A stretch of DNA of 64,000 nt from Chrysomallon squamiferum. Its lineage: Eukaryota; Animalia; Mollusca. Positions 1-14,800 of this stretch are shown piece after piece. Position numbers and translations under genes: made by a program. The DNA lies in the NCBI GenBank assembly GCA_012295275.1, contig CM022671.1, forward strand, positions 2,728,001 through 2,792,000, written 5' to 3'. The number at the start of each line of letters is the position of its first letter. Within the stretch, counting starts at the first letter, position 1. The notes under the pieces were generated by a model. That model was not told where the DNA came from. It was given only the letters and a program-made list of their open reading frames with translations, and did not search any database.

Positions 1-3000
1 CTGGTAAGAGAAGGAAAGGAATCTGAAAATCCATTTTTGTCTGCCTCAATTAGCTCAGGAATTGCTTTTGTTGTGATCACTTCTGCTGCCTCCAGAGTGT
101 CATCTGAATATGTTAGATACATCCTATCAAAAAGAAATTTCAGCATTCAAAAAATCAAAACAAACCAGCCTGTAGACAGTTAATACCGCATAATAAGTAT
201 AACAGATATGTAATGGAATTTCACCTTTATTTAATGTCTCCCCCATAAAAATTTAAAAAATAAAATAAAATAAAATAAAAATGTCAAGTTTAATAAAAAT
301 GTTACCATTATTCTAAATGACATATATGCAACCACACAGGCTATGTAGATGAGAGTGATATTAAAATGAAGATTATGCCAGAAGCAATATGAATGCTCCC
401 ATAACTTAATGGCCAAAAATATAATTTAAAACCCATTTCAACGTGCAGGATTTTACATATTGACAACACAGTCCCAATTTTCAAATTTAGAAAGAAAAAA
501 CCAACTATTGCCTGAGAATATAAATGAATTTAAAATTATACTTGCTTGATAATCATCTGTAAGTTATCATTGTGTTTAGCACCTTTCTCCTTTTCTCCAT
601 TTGCACCAATCCACTCTCGTTTTAAAAAACTTTCAGCAAGATTTCCTGCAAATTGTCAAATAAAGAAATATAAATGAACTGAAACTGAAATAAAAGTTAA
701 ATATTTCTGTCAGTTACTACAGAATATTATCTACATGTTTTTTTTATAACAAATAATTTATTTTTAAATCTGATTTTCTAAACGAGCCAAGATTACTGGT
801 GAGTACTGAAACCTACCCAGTTTGTTAGATAGTTTGTGAACATCCACCTTAGCAGCAAGAGTTCCAAGAAGTTTGATAAGAGTAACAGCCGTGGAGATGT
901 TGGGAACTGCAGCAGCAAAGTTCTCCACATACTTGAATGCCACACTGCAACAAACACACAAAGATGATTTACTTCTTTTTCACTCTTTCTTAAGATGCAG
1001 AAGATTAAAATAGAAACATGTATACTTAAGTTAACCTTCACTAAACCAACATGTTTTCAGGTTTGAATTTACATAACTCCTGTGACTGATGTGTGAATAC
1101 ACAATTGTAATATACTGTTCAAATGTTATTTTAAAGAGTGTTTAATGCATCTATTCTCAATTAAAAGAGTATCTACAGTAACAAATCAATAAACACTTAT
1201 TAAACATTAATCAGTCTTCTTATACATGTTTTAAAACTGTACCAAATTTAACAAAATAACAAATGAAACAAAAATTGTTTTAATAAAATTTATAATATAA
1301 AATGTAAAAGATTTTAACAATTTTAACAATAATTTAAGTTTTACCTAACAAGTTCCTGAAATGAAATTTGTGTTGAGTCTAAGGTTTTAATTCTGCAAAC
1401 AAGAACCTGTAGAGCTTTCTTCAACAGAGGCTGGTTTTCTGACTCCAAGAATCCATTCCTTCAACAGCACAAAAATCTTAGCATAATATCACTCTCACAC
1501 AAACAAATAACACACAATATTCTTTAAGTAATGATATACCTGCCAATCACTAATATTTATTTAATGTCACAATAAACAAAAACAATAATTATTAATTTAT
1601 GTGTTATTTAAAATTTGGAATGTACGATGATTAATGTTAGGGATCACTCCAGTTGATGTAATAAAAATTCATAATCTAAAAATGTTTATGTTAACACCCT
1701 TTCTGGTTATGAAACTAAACAGTCTGGAAAGATATAAATGTTTCATTTTGTGTTTATTAATGTAACAATACAACAGTTAATAAACAAAACTTTTTTCTTC
1801 ATGTGGAAATGTTTCGGGCTTACCATGAAAACACAGACACCATTGAGTGTAGAAGTAGTTGAAAGCATGAAGTCATCAGAACAGCATCATCATCATCATA
1901 ACCAGGGCCATCAATGAGTCCGTCATTTTCACTAATCATAGTCTGTACAAAAACGATTTTAAAATAATTCTAATAACCTTAAATGTTAGACAAAAGTAAA
2001 AAGATTTCCTTACCTTTTGTTATAAAAAGAATTTTATGTTATCACAAAATAATTTCATTCAAATAAAAAAGAATAAAACTGAATAAAACTTTGTTTAAAT
2101 AAGGATTGTAATTCTTTATATTTTTCAAATGATGAAAGATTCAACGTATCATAATTTCACTTAATTATTAATAACACAAACATATATAATAAAATAGATA
2201 CCAAAAAACGAATGTAACTGAATAAATTAAACTTGAAAAAAAAAAGAATTTATTAATTAAATTATTATTTAACGATTTATTTTAAAGTGACTAAAGCTGA
2301 CCTGAAAAAATGTACTGACTGCTTCCAAGTGATTGCATAAGGCTGGTAACAGTCTCACAGCTTTTGCAGCTATTTGTTTTGGAGTAAACTGATCAAGTAG
2401 ATGAAACCCAACATTTTTATTTACTTTCACCTGAGGGAATGAAATAAAAGTTAAAAAAGTAAATAAGAATAAAAAACAAAAACAAAAATAAATAAATAAA
2501 TAAATAAAAATAAATGAGGTAAGCAAAATAATAATAGCATTTGCTTCACAGAGTATTAAAGTATTTAAGATGAAAATGTGTTTGCACCTAGAAAACAATG
2601 ATCAAGATACTTTGTATTTTTATACAAATATTGCTCAGAGGAAGCAAATGTTAGTCAAACTGAAGACAAATTAATTTAAAATTTCCAACATCATTTATAA
2701 ACTGACTTATTAGATGATAAATAAAAAAGTAACAAAAAGAAAACACCATTTTCTTTTCATTAACCAAATTATCAACCAAGGAGTCTTATAACAAATGAAA
2801 TAAATAATTGCAATCTGTGCTTTATCAAGATAAAAGAACATTACTTTTTACTATTAGAATCAAAATAAAACAAACTGACAGGGTATCCATATTGCATTAA
2901 AGAAAAAGAAAAGTAATACTGAATAATTTACATGGTTTTAGTAAGTGAGTATAATTAATACTTTAAGAAACATTCTTCGTTTGCTGGCTGATGCAATCAG

Positions 3001-6000
3001 TGAATGGTTGAGTTTGTGTGCGAGATCCTCCAGAAGAAATTCTAGCTCAGCTGGTCGAAGGTGTAGACTTGTTTCATCCTGTCAATTAAAAACATTCAAA
3101 TTATTAACATCTCAGCATATTTGGTGGTAAAATAATTTATTATATTTCTAACATTTGAGAAATTTTTCAGAAATTTGGTGTATATTCAGGTCTGTGCTTT
3201 AAGTCATGAAAATGAAACATATGACATCATTATTAACTTTATAATTAAATTAATTCACTGGGAATTTCAGACCTCTGTCTAAATACAGAACCTTTGAAAT
3301 GAATGGTGAGAATTTAACAAATTAACATAATGAAATTTAGGACAGGTACTGATTTTTGATAAATGACAATTCAACATTTGAAACTATTATTATTATCATT
3401 ATTTAAAAAAGATATCTGTACATTTTGTGTGTAGTGGTTTTTGTAAATGTGTCATGTGAAGACATTTTTTTTTCAAAACTTTGTCCTGGGCATTTTGCTT
3501 TTGACTTATTTTTACCTTTGTGTTACTGTCTGTATCCATAGCTACACCAGAAATTAGTTCATTGTTCAGTACAATAAACACACTAATGTCCAACTCTCTG
3601 AAACAAACAAAATTAAATTAAAATGTACCACTGATGATGTATCCAAAAAGCCTTAATACATTTTGTTTATTTTGTCTTTGCTAAAAAATAAGACAAAATT
3701 AACATGTTAATGAAGATATATGGAATTTGAGGTCCCCCCCCCCTTTATTGTGAAATCATTCTGAAATATTAAAATAGCCAAAACAAAATTCTGCGGTAAG
3801 TTACTTAGACATTGTAAATAAAACAATTAAAAAATACCCCATTAAATTAAATAACTTAAAAATATTAACAAAAAAAAAAAAATTTTATACCTGAAATATT
3901 GTCGATAATTTCCAAGGTTAATATTATTTTCATCTCTGGTATCAGCTTTCACCTGATTCTGTGATTCTCTTGGACTACTTTTATCTGCATCCTGACAACA
4001 AAATAACTAACAACAATAACATAAACATGGCTGACATGGTATTTTTAGTTCTCATGGTCATTTTAAAAATTGAGAAAAACAATTATATTTGAGGTTTATC
4101 CTAATTACAGTTTTGTGCATCTCCTCTATCTTACACTGACAGAGAAGGGAGGATACATCATATATTGAAATGGGTATAAAAAGTTTCTGTAATATCCTGG
4201 CTCAAAAAACTCATTTAAGAAACAATATTCTTACTGAGAACATGAGCTTAGTCTACTTAGCTATGTGATTACAAACCAGTGACGTTGAGTCCCTTGATGT
4301 TTCATCCATGTCATCCATATTTTCTTTGTCGTTCTTTCCTTTAGCTTTCCTATAAATTAAATGTGATTTTAAGTTTAAATTACTAACATTAAACATTTAT
4401 AACCAATTTTGTTTTAAAAATGAATATATAAAGCTTATTATTTCTAAAATGATAAAAACAAATTGTGTAGGAGGATTGTTTCACTAAATCAAGAATTTTT
4501 TTCACAGAATATACTGTAAAATTCTAAGCTAAAATAAGTATGGCATCAAGAAAAGATTTTGATACAATTTATATTTAAGTTTAAAATGCAAAGCAAAATG
4601 TGATTCTTCTCATAACTGGCAAAAGAATAAACCTAGCTGTAAGGTTTCACAGTACTATTTAAAATAAAATTTTATTTGTGAAAAAAAAAAAAAAAAATAA
4701 TTAATTATAAAAAAATGGTGATAAAATTAAAAAAAAAAAAAAAGTACAGAACATGGATCACCTTTTCCCTGGTTTTCTTCCTTTCTTTTTAACCTCTCCT
4801 GGGTCACTCTTGATCTTTGTTTCTTCAAGGTCAAAATTAGCAAGTGGTGGTTTGAAGTGTGGTGTAGCTACAAAAAAACATTATTCCATTTAAATCATTG
4901 AAATATTAATAAAAACAATATCTTATCTAGTGTGAAATCATGTATCAAAGATTAACATCAACAAAAAAAAGAAAAAAAGAGTTAAATTACATTATATATT
5001 GAATATGAGTTTTATCTTAAGCACACATATTAAATTTTTAAATTTATTTTTGAAAGCAAATGTAATGACATTTTTAACAATAACATGGTTCAGATAATGT
5101 AAACAGAAAAAGACACAAAACACCAGATGAATATTTAAAATATTTTAATAACTGAAACTCAAAATCTCTATATTCTTGATAACCAATTAAAACACCCCCA
5201 AAACTACCAATGTAAACATTCACCATAATGAATCAGTCAACTCTCTAAACCCTCAAAATGTTTCATCTTAAAACCTTTCCCTGCATGATATCCCATCTGT
5301 TTACAAAATGACTAAATAACATAACTAAATTAAAAAACACACAAACCAATCAAGCACTTGATGAGAACTGTCTGCAGATCTGTGATATTCTTAAGTCTGG
5401 TAATGACCTTCACCTTCATTTCTATTGCTGTTTGGGTGGCAAAACTGTTAACCACCTTAAATGATAATAAAAATAAAAAATCATTAAAATAATATAGTTA
5501 TTGTGATCCTTAACTAAAATGTACATCCATTTTTGTTTTAATTTTTCTGCATGAAAATGAAATGATTTTTTGGGCTAAAGGCACCTTTGTGTTACTTATC
5601 TGTCAAAGTTAAAAGAAAGAAAGAGTTTTTAAATGTTAAAATGAATCACTGATTATGTTATGTGTAGATAATTATTACAATTACAGTTGCTTTTAAACAG
5701 TACATTTTAAGAGGTTTCAAGTTAATACTACTGGATTATATTCAGATAATGGATTCCATTCATGGGTACAGGTTTACTAGTAGTCAACACTGATTACCTC
5801 TCTAAACCAGTTGATGTTGTGAAACAGTGTCTGACAAATTATTTCTTTTTCCCTGCTTGAGAGAGATTCAAATTTGTGAAACACGTCTTCCTTCACTGTG
5901 TACAGAGGACAACCTGAGCAAAAATAGTTAAACATCTTAACCATATTTTTATATCAATATGTGATTTAAAACACAAAACAGCAGTGTCAAATGAATGCAA

Positions 6001-8828
6001 TGCTGAAATAATGATGTTCACTACATTGACGATAATCTGTAAATATTTTCATCAAAATGTATAAATGACTTAAACACAGTGGATTACTGAGTCAGACTTT
6101 CTTCTTGTACCATTTCAGAATAAATAAATAAAAAAGAATTATGTATATTGTGGACAACTGACTACTCTAATAATTATGAATGAAGGTAATTTAATGTAGC
6201 CAGCAAAAGCACAAAATTAAGAATATATATATTTATATAGAATACTGAGAATGATCAAGAAGAAAATGTAGAGAAGTTAAAAACAGAATTAAGGTTAACG
6301 TGGTGAATATCCATGGAAACCATTTAAAATTTTATATGAAGAACAGTTATTAAAAGCATAATTGAAAACAAGACAGGTTTATCTACTACAGTGATGATGG
6401 ATTCTAAGCAATCAAATGTTACCAAGAAGAGCGTCAATTTCTTCCAGATTCCCATCCTGCTGATGTCTCTCACACATCTGAACAAGACGAAAATGAGAAC
6501 AGAGACAGAGAGGGTTGGGCGTCTTTCTGTCAAAATAACAGATTGTTAAGAGGTAAGTAGAATTTCTGTCATATTATTAACGTGCAATGGTGCTAAAACA
6601 AATTATTAATAAATGAGATACAGTTTACTTAACATTATAATTATTTAAACTGTTTAAATGATTTTATTATTTTATAGCTACTGTTTAAATTAAATTATAA
6701 AAAATGAAAATCTGTTTTACATTTTCTTATAAATAAAATGAAATATATAAAACAGTATTAAATCTAGCAATACTGAGTATGTTATCAACGTTGTTATTGA
6801 GCATAACCTGTCTTTGTTGTGGTTGATGCTGTTGGTGTGAGATTGTATCACTAAAGGTAAAAGATTGATGGCAATTGTGCTTTCTTGTGCATCATCAAGA
6901 CCAAACAACAATGCCAATGGAATGTCTGTTGAGCTGAAAATAAATCAGGATCAGTTAACATTTTACCATATATATACTTTATTAGATGCCTAAAATCAAT
7001 ATCTTTTTGTGCCAAGAGGTCATTAGATATTGGTATCTTATACAAAAATGCCCACAATTCCTAATAAAAACAAATTAAACAAAAGAAAAGTATAAATCAA
7101 CCCACACAAACATACACACAAAAAACAAAAGTAAACAAAACCAGAAAGCTTTTTTCCTTTAATTATTTATCAGAATTTTATCTCTTTAAAAATAATAAAT
7201 AAAAATTACTTCTGAATAAAATGAGATGTAATATTATTGTCATACATTATTATTAAACGATTTAATCAGCAGAGTTAAGATCTACATTTGCACCCATACA
7301 GGGATGAAACATCTGTAATTTTTCATTTCTGAACTAGTTATAGCTGGAATGGGAAATAATGAATAAATAAACATTTTTGTTTTTAAATTTAAATTGTTGA
7401 TTAAAACTTACGAAGTTAATTTATCTTCTTCTACATCCACAACATAATCATCTTGAAAATCAGCAATAACATTTTCTGCAATCCATGTCTTGAAGAAAAA
7501 AGCAAAAAATGACAGAAATAATAATGTAGTGGCAAGAAAAAACCAACAAAAAACCGCCTGATATATTAATACAAAAAATTTTAATAAACAAATAATAATA
7601 ATAATAAACTAAAATAAAACAATAAAATATCACTGGAAAAAGGAAATTACACTTCAACTTACTATATTTTAATATTTAATTTTTATTCTTGATTAAAATT
7701 TGTGAAACAAAACATGTCTTATTCTCACATAACAATGAAATGTTTTTAAAGGAAAAGATGTTTCTCAAAAATAAATAAATAAATAAAAATCCCTAACATA
7801 CTTCAACTTCTGATTTTTTCTGACCAAGACTAACAATGGCTGATAACTCATCCATGAAGAGTGCTGCTGCTTCTGGCATCTGGTGACTGCTAGTTCGAAC
7901 CAGCTGAAGTAAAGTAATGACCTGTTTACTGAGGTCACTGGACAGTGTCTGGTCAGTCTGGCCACTACAAAATCAGTACAGTTGAAATGACCATTAAAAC
8001 AGGTCAGAAAAGTCTCATCATTAAACAAATCTAAAAAAATGAAGTATTTTAGTCTATCTACGACTGAATAAAATATAAAAAAAAAAAAAATAACAAAAAG
8101 ATTAAATAAATAAAATAACCAGATCATCACAAACAAAATTACAATCATCTACTTCACAGGAGTAAATAAAAATCTGAGTTATGTTACAAAATGCATTCAA
8201 CCACTGTAGATATCTCAGCTACTCACCCAGTGAAAACTATACTTTTACATATCATTACTGCTCCAATCACCCCCATTTTCTTGTATCTGAAAACATAAAA
8301 AAGATAAAAAAATTAAATAGTAATAACAGTAATAATAACAATAATAATAAAAAAATGAAACAGAAAATAAAAAATACAGTAAGAAATTGATTTAAATTAA
8401 TACCAAAAAATATCCCCAAAGAATATGTAACTTTCAAGTTGTATTATCTTTGTGATGAAAACAGAGATAGTGAGAGACATAAAAAAAACAAGAGAAATGG
8501 ATATAAAGAGGAAAAATCTAATAAAGAAGTGCTTTTTTGGTCTCACAAAGTTTGTGATAAGAGGAAGAGTAATTAGCAAGCCGTAAATGAAAAATGATGT
8601 AGATATCTCTTCTTTGAAGACAAATCACATGGTAGTAATGTTGTTATGGTAAATTTAAAACAAAATGAAGATATTTACTTTGGATTGTCACTTGAAAGCT
8701 GTTTTCTGATTACCATGTGAAGATCATCCTTGAAAATAATAGAAATTACTGTAACATATATCATTTACTTTGTCAATACACACACATATTTGTTATTATT
8801 TACATGTATACATAGATTTTTTCATTAT

Positions 8829-8880
<52 letters not shown>

Positions 8881-11800
8881 TAATAATTTAAATCAGAATA
8901 ATTAACTGAAATAGAGATAAATATAACAATATGCTTTGGTAACTGGATTATGGAAATTGTAACATTTCGGCAGCTGTAAAAATCTGAATGAAATTACTTT
9001 TCTGTCTTGCTTCAGTCTGTACATTTAGATAATTTCTATGCAAAAAATGGTTTTGTGATTAGTACATTTTTAAAATTATTTTTTAAAATTAATTTCTTAT
9101 ATAAATATTGAACAGTGGTGAAATGAAAGTTGAAATTAAACCAGAGAAAACATGAACCTGAACAATGCTGCCATCTTGAGGACTGTGAAAAGCAAGACAA
9201 CTCAACATTTCATACAACTTTCGAATCTGAGACACTGACAAGTTGTCCAGGTAGTCTAAAACTCCCTACATAACAAATTAAAACACCTTGTAAGTAAGTT
9301 TAGGATATCTGTGAATGGATGAATTAATCAAGTTCTCTAAAACTATCTATAAATTTTATTTTAAAATTAATACAGTCTAATAAATGAAGTGGCCTGAACT
9401 TTTGACCAAAGAGAATTAAGATCATTATCCTGCTCTTTACACATTTTTTGGAAGTTTAAGAAAGTCAATTTCTTTTGGAACAAAATATTAAATCAGTTAA
9501 TGGGGCAAAAAACTGTCTTTGCATAAGACTATTTATTATTTAATGAATTAAACAGTTGCATTAAAATTAATAAATCAAAAGTGGTTTTGAAAACAAATTT
9601 AATAGCTTATAAAAAGCTAATTAGTATTTATCAGACACTATAAAGTGAATAGTTTTACTTTGACAAAAATGCTGAAAGGACTCATGCTGTGTATGTGTTT
9701 GTGAACAAGATCAACAAGAATATCGAGAGATGATTCCATCTCACTCTCAAAACCACTGCCTATGTGTGTCACCAGGTTACCAACAATCTCCTGAAAAACA
9801 AGCAAATATCTGTATAAATTTATTTTTTAAAATTCTGATATATATAAATTCATACATCAAACAAAGGGATGGTATAAAAAATGTTTAGGGAACAAGTACT
9901 TTGAAAATGTTCAAATTACTTGTTTGTGAAAAATACTCCTATGAACAATTGAATCAAATGCATTAACTATCAACAAGTTTATTTTATTAGCAGTTAAATA
10001 AAATCAAAGTGTCTGTTGCTGGCAAGTTTTGTTTGGCTGTTCTGTGAATTATATTCTTTACACGAATATATTTATACAAATTGATCTATCTATATATATA
10101 TATATCTTATTTTCTAACCTTCTATATATATTACATCCCTTTGAAATGCCAGAGGGGGTAATTTGTAAATATGACAGTTGCCATTTCGGACTGCATCTAT
10201 TTTGTTTAGGGAAAAGATGTGAACTGCTGACACAAAAACTGCAAAACAATGGCATGACAGCCAGTCTAAATAAACGTGAGACGGATATTGCTGCCATCTC
10301 TTACAGCATGAAGCGAGACCTCTGTACATGTGTAATGTGTATGTGAAAACTGCACAGATGTTACAACTTCATATGAGTTTCATGCAAATGATATGAAGCT
10401 TTAACATGACCATTCAGCTTAATAAATGGGATTTTCTACTGTTATTTTGATACGCTAGGCATGCTATTTCCAGTTGTAATACATTCAGTGTAAATTATTT
10501 TTAGCAAAAACATCACAATATCACGCACAAAAAATAGTTTTTGTTAAACTTATTTTATGAGAAAGAATTTGGGGTTTTCTTAGAGGGCTTTCTAACTGTC
10601 AGGTTTTTTTCAGCCTTGTTAACATTCTGTTCTTTATGACTGCCTGTGTATTTACCATTAAATTGTATTAAATTTTTATATTTAGGCTAGTATAACTTGA
10701 TATTAAATTTGTTAATGCAATGTTTTCATCACCCCCTAAAAAAACCTAAATTCCTAGTATTATTATCCTGTTTAACATCCCTGTTTTGTAGGCATTCACT
10801 TATCATGTGTGCCCTAGATGGAATGTTTGATCACTGAATGATATTAATATAAGATGTCACAGTGAGGCACGAAAACTGTAATTTTTCACAAAGTCATTAC
10901 TGTACATACTATAAACTTGGTTTTTATTACCAGGATATTTTTTCAATTAAATGTTGTTGGTAAAAATGTTTTTCCCCTAATTCTTCATTACCAAAATATT
11001 TAGTTTATTTCCCAATCCAACATGTAGATAGTATTGACCTGATATTTAAAAAAAAAAAATAATAGTTTTCTTTTCTCACACTCATATTAAACCAAAAATA
11101 TTTCACAAGGAAATCAAGAAACAGAGAATATAAAAAATGTGTGGCTACATTATTAAACTTAAATTATCTACAATAATTCATGTTATCTTCCAGTGTCAAT
11201 GATACTTTGCTTTGGTATATATATAAACAAAATTAGTTAAATAACAACATATTGCTATGATGTTAATTTAAAATACCTGTTGGCAGAAAGTGTCGAAAGT
11301 CACAAATGTTTTCTTGTACATGGCACAGGCAAAATGGAGGATGCATGGTTCTGGAGATCGTAATAAAACTTCAGCAATGGACAAAATGGAAGGAAAATAT
11401 TCCCGAAGTATCTGAATTAAATATTAATAAATAAATATGTTTTAATTAATAATTATGTGCTACATTAAAATTTCAAATGCTTGACATTTAAATAATCTGA
11501 AGAAAAATACGTAATCCAACATAATTCAGAATTATAATTAGAACTATCAAAAAAAAATCATAAAATATTCATATTAAAAATATTTACTTATAAAGAAATG
11601 TTTAAAAACACATGTTATAAAAGACAAAACTGATATAAATTATAAAACATAATAACATCATAACAGTAATAATTTTAAATCAGAATTCTATGAAAAGTGA
11701 ACATAAAAAATGTTCAACAAAACTTTACCTGTCCATGTGACTGAAATGCATCATGTAAAAAGACCTCAGTAAAAGCACCTGCTCGGATCTTGTTTCGGAA

Positions 11801-14800
11801 CACACTCTCTACTGGCTTGCGTCGATTTGTTGAATGTAGAATCAGCAGGATAAAAATATCTATCACTTTGTGATCAGCAGACGTTTTCAGAGAATCTATA
11901 ACCTTCAATGGAAGTTGTTTATTGTATGTATAAGCATTTTTTCTCATGCCAAAAGTGTTTATAAAACCATTTATTTTGAAAAAAAGATTGTTAGAAATCA
12001 TGAAGCATTTTAACCAGACCTTGTCTCTGATCCACAAGCAAAGAGTTCATTCTGGAACAGCCAAGAGCTCGAGAGATTTAGAAACAAGCAGTTTGTTACA
12101 ATTAAAAATTAAGACAAAAAGCCCACAAAAATGTTCACAATCTCTATCTATCTTCAGCATAAAGTGTATTTTTAAAACTGGTGTTAGAACACCAATGGCA
12201 TATTCTAATATGAATCAGACATGTCAAAAGGAAAATGGAAATAGTCAAGTTCAGTCATGTATAAAAAAAACACAAGTTTGAAAAATTAAATAAAGAATAA
12301 ATTTCAGTCTGCAGTTCTCAGAATACTGAACCACTTCTATTACAATGATCAAGACAAATGAGCAATTTACTATTTAATAATCTGTTAGTGCAAATCTAAA
12401 AATAACTGTGCTCCAAGTGACAACAAAATAAAAGGAATGTGCAAAGTCTGAATCAATAATGAATCAATTTATCTGTTTACTAATCCACATTATACATCAT
12501 AAACAATTAAAACCTATTGAATTGTTACAACCTTGATCCATGCTTCAGCAACACTTTTCTGAAACCGAATTCCAGCTTTGATAGCATCAAGTGTGAGGAC
12601 TTCGTTGTCTTTGGTGACATCATCATCAGCCACTGACCTGACAAACAAGAAAAATATTAAAACCTTAGTCACATCCAAATGTTTGTATGAAAACACACAG
12701 AAAGAAAACATCACAATATAGGTATATGTTGATGTTTTTAAATCACTATTTTATGTGTTTCTTTAAAATATAACAAGTAAACCACTAAATAAATTTTTAG
12801 ATATTTGCATACATACAATGTTTTATATATTTGTTGTCTTAAACAGTGCCTATATTGATGCTAATAAATAGACTACATATATTACAAAGAATTAAAATAT
12901 ATCTTTTAACCAGCAAGCAGTCTTTGTTAATAATATAGTATAATTTCAATAATGTAATAATACTCCAAGTATGTTTATTTTTTATGTATCTGTGACATCA
13001 TGTTTATTATGTACCAAAATATAAGCAACTAGGAAGAGATCTAATTATTTACAGTTCAGTTTTTTAATAGAGCTTTTAACAAAAGGTTTAAGGTTTATAA
13101 GTTTAATACATACATAAACCATGTAAAAGTATAATAACATAAAACATTACAAATAAGTTGTTACCTTTATTTCTGTTAATAATTACTTAGAAATACTGAC
13201 TATAAACTTCTTATCTTTATACCAACCTGGGATTTTTCTTTTTTGTCTTAACTGGATCAAAGCTCAAATTTGCTCTAATCTCTGATATAATCTGTTAAGG
13301 GAAAAAAAACAACTTATGAACAAATACAAAAAGGATTAAAATAGAGTTTAAAAAAATGTTCTCAAACATCTGATTTACATGATCCAGTAATATATTTTAT
13401 ATCAATTTGACTAACAAGTAATTTTACAGAGAAATGAAATAAAATGTAATATATGTTTAATTAAAAAATATAATGAAAACTGCATTCACCTCAACTGCAT
13501 CATTAGATGTAACAGTCTGTAGGAGAAATTTAACAACTATTGGAAGATCTTTCATTTCAACTGAGTCCAGTGTTCTGATCACAGAGTTTCGCACCTGTTC
13601 AAAAATAAAGTTAAATCTCTGAAATTGTTGTGTAAAGCTCTAACATGCAAACTATGTCTTTAACTTTTAGACTATGGGATTAACATTGAACAAAAACTGT
13701 GCCAGTGAGTACATTAATGTGCAAATGTATTATTGTATTGTAACATTTAGACTACTGGAACAATGTAGGATAAAACTGGTGTACATTCATTCATCTATTT
13801 TCACTGAAGAATTTCATGTCTTAATCTTGTTAAAAATTCAATGAAATCTTTTTTTTTTTATAAATGTGAATTTATTTTTGCACATTTATGATTAGTTTGC
13901 ATCAGTATTTATATCCATTATTTTGATTCATGTAATACTTTGAAACTGCTTAAAATAAATAAATAAATAAACAAGTATGATTCAAATCTAAATGTTTTAA
14001 CGTTACAAGAAATAAACAGTAAAATTTGAGTTATAAATTTCTATAAATTTTTACTTCAGTCAGTAATTCAGGTTTCAATGCCAAGTTTGACAGAGCATCC
14101 AGAATAGGAACTGTCAGCTGATTTCCTTCCAGTAAAATATCTCTGAAATAAATACATATTTTTTCTTGTTAAAATTTAAAATGGTATAAATTAAATAAAA
14201 TAAATAAATAAAAAAGTGAAAGAGAAAGGAAAAAGATGTGTAAATCAAAATAAATAAATATGTAAAGAAAATAAAGCAGAAAAATAAGCAACAGAATAAT
14301 ATTAAAAAAAGATAGAAGAAAAACCGAAAAATATTCTGATAAATGTGAATTAATAATTACTATACCAGCATAAAAAAATGTTTCAAATAAACAATTAAAT
14401 TTCAATAATATTTTTGCTTTTCCAACTTATTAAACTTGGCTGTTTTCTTTGAAGTACCTTAGAGTTTTAGCAACATCTCCATGTTCTGTATCTTCAACAA
14501 CCTCAGGCAAACAACAGATCACTTCTCTCTGAACATCTAATGACGTCACAGGAATTATCTCTAATAGCTTCATAGTCAAATCCTGTAAAAGTCAACAGTT
14601 TGTAAACAACCAATTTATTTTTAAACCATTTCAAAATCAAATCTTGAAACAATCAAAGGATGCTGAAATCTTAAATACTTTCTGTATGCCTGCGTGTGAG
14701 AGAGGCATAGATATGAAAATTAATTTTCAGGTAAAGTCAGATACTGTGAATCTAAATTACTTTATCTATCTGTAAATGAATGTACATCTGTGCCTGTGTG

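Noticed and set aside
10029-10346. 105-aa plus-strand ORF in a FANCD2 intron as a nested gene
   Set aside because: It starts at TTG, has no recognisable domain and is frameshifted in copy 2; more likely a repeat fragment.
14169-14405. F/I/L/Y-rich ORFs resembling membrane proteins (here and at many other intronic sites)
   Set aside because: Compositional artefacts of A/T-rich introns.
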